Source: Prevotella sp. CAG:924 (GTDB lineage: Bacteria > Bacteroidota > Bacteroidia > Bacteroidales > Bacteroidaceae). From it: a DNA stretch of 64,000 nucleotides. Location: NCBI GenBank assembly GCA_000431975.1, contig HF988582.1, positions 1,946 through 65,945 of the forward strand. Reading direction: 5' to 3'. The notes beneath the pieces are model-generated. The model searched no databases. It was given only the letters and a program-made list of their open reading frames with translations, and was not told the origin of the DNA. The position numbers and the translations under genes are program-made. This document shows, piece after piece, positions 60,910-64,000 of this stretch (the stretch's first letter is position 1; every line of letters starts with the position of its first letter).

Positions 60910-61872
60910 ATGAAGACATTTTTCAATGTAGAGGATATCGGACCGCTCGACCAGGCACTGGCCGAAGCCCGTGAAGTGAAGGACAACCGTTTCGGCTATC
61001 AGCAGCTGGGCAAGAACAAGACGTTGCTGATGATCTTCTTCAACAACAGCCTGCGCACCCGTCTGAGCACGCAGAAGGCAGCCATGAATCTGGGAATGAA
61101 CGTCATCGTGCTCGATGTCAATGCGGGAGCGTGGAAGCTGGAGACCGAGCGTGGCGTGATCATGGATGGTGACAAGAGCGAGCATCTCCTCGAGGCCATC
61201 CCCGTGATGGGCTGCTATTGTGATATCATCGCCGTGCGTTCCTTTGCCGGCCTGAACGACCGCGACTACGACTACGCCGAAACGATCGTCAATCAGTTTG
61301 TCAAGTATTCGGGTCGTCCGGTGGTGGCCATGGAGACGGCGACGGTGCACCCGCTGCAGGCGTTCGCCGATCTGATCACCATCGAGGAGCACAAGGCCAC
61401 GGCCCGTCCTAAGGTGGTCTTGTCCTGGGCACCCCATTGTCGGGCATTGCCACAGGCCGTGCCCAACTCGTTCGCCCAGTGGATGAACGCGGCCGATGTC
61501 GACTTCGTGGTCACCCATCCTGAAGGCTACGAGCTCGATCCTAAGTTCGTGGGCAACGCACGCGTGGAGTACGACCAGAAGAAGGCACTTGAGGGGGCCG
61601 ACTTCGTCTATGCGAAGAATTGGAGCTGTCCCGGCGTCACCTGTAAGGACGACTATGGCAAGATCCTCTCCAAGGATATGAGTTGGACGATCAATGCCGA
61701 GCATATGTCGTGGACCAACAACGCCTATTTCATGCACTGTCTGCCTGTCCGTCGTGGTCTCATCGTCACCGACGATGTCATCGAGGGTCCCCGCAGTCTC
61801 GTCATACCCGAGGCGGCCAACCGTGAGATATCTGCAACGGTGGTGCTCAAGCGTGTCCTCGAGAGTTTGTGA
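60910..61872 (+). CDS. argF: ornithine-carbamoyltransferase-family enzyme, likely N-succinyl/N-acetyl-ornithine carbamoyltransferase (ArgF')
   Basis: 320 aa with SLRTR in place of the canonical STRTR carbamoyl-phosphate motif and the C-terminal HCLP motif. Size and motifs fit the Bacteroides ArgF' type. Confidence 0.7.
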   Translation: MKTFFNVEDIGPLDQALAEAREVKDNRFGYQQLGKNKTLLMIFFNNSLRTRLSTQKAAMNLGMNVIVLDVNAGAWKLETERGVIMDGDKSEHLLEAIPVMGCYCDIIAVRSFAGLNDRDYDYAETIVNQFVKYSGRPVVAMETATVHPLQAFADLITIEEHKATARPKVVLSWAPHCRALPQAVPNSFAQWMNAADVDFVVTHPEGYELDPKFVGNARVEYDQKKALEGADFVYAKNWSCPGVTCKDDYGKILSKDMSWTINAEHMSWTNNAYFMHCLPVRRGLIVTDDVIEGPRSLVIPEAANREISATVVLKRVLESL

Positions 61873-62441
61873 TCAAGATTCTAGATGAGATAAAGGCGCA
61901 CCATGGATGTTCGCATCCGTGGTGCGTCTGCTTAATTAGTCTAGTATTATATAACACTGGAGGGGGATAAACAGATGGTGAAGATACACCATAGTATGTC
62001 TGGATATATGGACATTATATCCATCCTCCCATTTTTTCAGTCCATCCATAAATACCAAAGCGTCTGATACTCGGGTGCGTCGTGGCGTGTCAGAATGTGT
62101 TGGGATTTCGAAAACAGAACATTCTGTATAATTCGGTAAATGGAATAGCGGGAGTGATTTTAGAAAGATTCTGAATTTTTGCCATGTCGATTTATTTTTC
62201 TAAATCCTTAATCTAGCCAATGAAGGGTTGTTGCGAATATATTTTATATCCGCATTAATTTATGAAAATCATCATGCTGATAATCAATTTGTTATAGAAA
62301 TACGATATACAGCCTCAAAATAAATGTTGAAGTACATGAAGGGTTGAAGCCGCTCCTTAATCTATCATGAGGAGGCGGAGGAATGCTTCATTTCGCTTGA
62401 ATAAGGCATCGGACAGAAGAAATATAAAAAGGTGAACGAAG

Positions 62442-63260
62442 ATGAAGATAACGGTATTGGTTGAGAACACAAGTCGTATGGGATTACCTGTGGAGCATGG
62501 GCTCAGTCTGCTGATCCGTATGGACGACGGACGGCAGATCTTGTTCGACATGGGGCAGCGCAGGCTGTTCGCCGAGAATGCGGAGCGGCTGGGTCTTGAT
62601 CTCGCACAGGTGGACATCGCGGTGGTGTCACACGGACACTATGATCATGGCGGTGGTCTGCACACCTTCTTGCGATTGAACGCCAAGGCCCGGGTGTATG
62701 TCAACAGTCATGCTTTCGAGCCCCATTACTCGTTTCGGGACGGCCGGTTGCGCTATATCGGTCTCGATGCGGATCTGAAAGGTGAGGACCGTTTGGTGCT
62801 CTGTGGAGAAAAAACATGGATCAGCAGCGACCTGATCCTGTTTGCCGGGGCTGACGGCTGTTGTCTGAAACCGGTAGGCAATAGGCGATTGTACGGACCG
62901 GCGAGGGACACGAACGACGACTTCTGTCACGAGCAGAGTCTTGTTGTCAAGGAAGGCGAGAAGACGGTGCTCTTTGCGGGATGCGCCCATGGTGGTATCG
63001 TAAACATCATGGAGAGGGGACACCGCGTGGCGGGACCACGGTTCACACACGTCGTGGCGGGGATGCACCTGATGGAGAGCGGTTTGACGGAGGAGGCGGA
63101 AAGGAGATGGATCGGCAGGCTGGCCGCCAGGCTGAAGGAAGAGGACGGCTGTCGCTACCTCACGATGCATTGTACGGGCATGGCCCAGTATGAGGCATTG
63201 AGAGAGGAGATGGGTGGGGCGATCGGCTATCTGAGCTGTGGCGAGACGGTGGAGATATAG
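62442..63260 (+). CDS. MBL-fold metallo-hydrolase
   Basis: 272 aa with the HxHxDH motif (VVSHGHYDHGGGL) and downstream His/Asp ligands. Confidence 0.8.
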   Translation: MKITVLVENTSRMGLPVEHGLSLLIRMDDGRQILFDMGQRRLFAENAERLGLDLAQVDIAVVSHGHYDHGGGLHTFLRLNAKARVYVNSHAFEPHYSFRDGRLRYIGLDADLKGEDRLVLCGEKTWISSDLILFAGADGCCLKPVGNRRLYGPARDTNDDFCHEQSLVVKEGEKTVLFAGCAHGGIVNIMERGHRVAGPRFTHVVAGMHLMESGLTEEAERRWIGRLAARLKEEDGCRYLTMHCTGMAQYEALREEMGGAIGYLSCGETVEI

Positions 63261-63826
63261 TCGAACGGGCAAGAAAAGAATACGCTGACGCACAAACAAT
63301 CAGACTTGTCGGATGAAGTCCAGATGGAGAGGACTGACAATGAATACTAGTCGGTGAATGGACATATTGGATATTTTGTTTTTTCTTGATTTAGGTAGAC
63401 AGTTTTTTCTTTATGAATAGAAACAGTAGACATCTTGCGGAATGTCGTTATAAAAATAAAAAGGTAGACGATGAAGCAATAGTCATACTGTTTTCCTGTA
63501 TCGGTTCCAAGTTTGACGTATCCTATATGGCAAGACGTCCGTCCGCATGGGGACATAGGGTGGAATATTGGGATGATAGTATCAGGAAAGGAAGATGATA
63601 AATGAAAATCTATCATATTTTTATTTACATACAATGATGGCTGATGAGCAGAGGATCGCATGCGTCGTTACGATGGGATCGGGAATGCCTGATGGAGATA
63701 CCCGACTTTTGCAGAAGAGATGGCTCTGATTTTTTTTGCTTTGCCGGATGTGTGTTGTAATATTCTGATAATCAATGTGTTTTGATAAATGTGCGATATT
63801 TGGCCAAGTAGCCATATACTACTTTG

Positions 63827-63941
63827 TCATTGAGTATTATGCTACTTTGCCATTGAGTATTATGCTCCTTGGCCATTGAGCATTATGCTCCTTGGCCGTT
63901 GAGTATTATGCTCCTTGGTCATTGAGTATTATGCTCCTTGG
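63827..63941 (+). repeat. 23-bp tandem repeat array, five degenerate copies of CCATTGAGTATTATGCTCCTTGG
   Basis: Copies at 63827, 63850, 63873, 63896 and 63919. A related single unit (AGTAGTATTATGCTACTTGG) occurs at 27876-27925. Confidence 0.75.
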
Positions 63942-64000
63942 GCTTTTCTTATATATTCCTTTTCGAGGTCAGCCTGTTGCGAAGTGGAACGAAGGGTGGA

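Overview
This looks like a Bacteroidota chromosomal window, probably from Bacteroidales. The lineage call rests on a type-IX-secretion C-terminal sorting domain, TTTG/TAnnTTTG-type promoters and no Shine-Dalgarno sequences. Coding GC is about 50-55%, and almost all genes are housekeeping. No rRNA, tRNA, CRISPR or recognisable defence system was seen.

Left end (1-6.9 kb): a large unknown gene that runs off the window edge, then a TPP-riboswitch-controlled thiamine uptake and salvage operon (TonB-dependent receptor, PnuT, thiamine pyrophosphokinase). A divergent THI5/NMT1-like binding lipoprotein sits next to it.

A roughly 33 kb block follows (7.6-40.5 kb). It holds a MaoC-like dehydratase, relA/spoT, an alanine/glycine:cation (AGCS) symporter, a strongly AT-rich islet with two glycosyltransferases, an SDR epimerase, a PAP2 protein, miaB, an MsbA-like ABC exporter, an LpxL-like acyltransferase, a histidine acid phosphatase and a paralogous pair of surface proteins carrying a putative carbohydrate-metabolism domain (PCMD), one of them a T9SS cargo. 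It continues with mutS directly preceded by an SF3-helicase/VirE-like gene, an M28/glutaminyl-cyclase-like protein, a C26-M19 fusion peptidase, Lrp, three tandem FKBP PPIases and a sirtuin.

The block is bracketed by two inverted copies of a noncoding element of about 490 bp, about 88% identical. Each copy carries a hairpin plus iteron-like TTTCCAATGGTAACT direct repeats and GTAGAC boxes. The left copy is followed by a perfect 23-bp x 10.5 tandem array. A partial third copy of the GTAGAC motif region, with another 23-bp tandem array, lies at 63.4-63.9 kb. A separate 65-bp repeat (called X here) occurs three times and flanks the AT-rich glycosyltransferase islet.

Right of the block (41-63 kb): thpR, rmuC, a carbon-nitrogen hydrolase, radA, queC, pgk, a DUF5103 protein, and an argR-headed arginine/proline cluster (GNAT, argG, a pspC-like small protein, argC, argD, proC, an XRE-cupin regulator, an acyl-CoA synthetase, proB, proA, argF'). 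An MBL hydrolase follows at 62.4-63.3 kb.

The most unexplained structure is the inverted-repeat element family (iterons, GTAGAC boxes, associated 23-bp arrays) that delimits the core-gene block. The second is the X-repeat-flanked low-GC glycosyltransferase islet.
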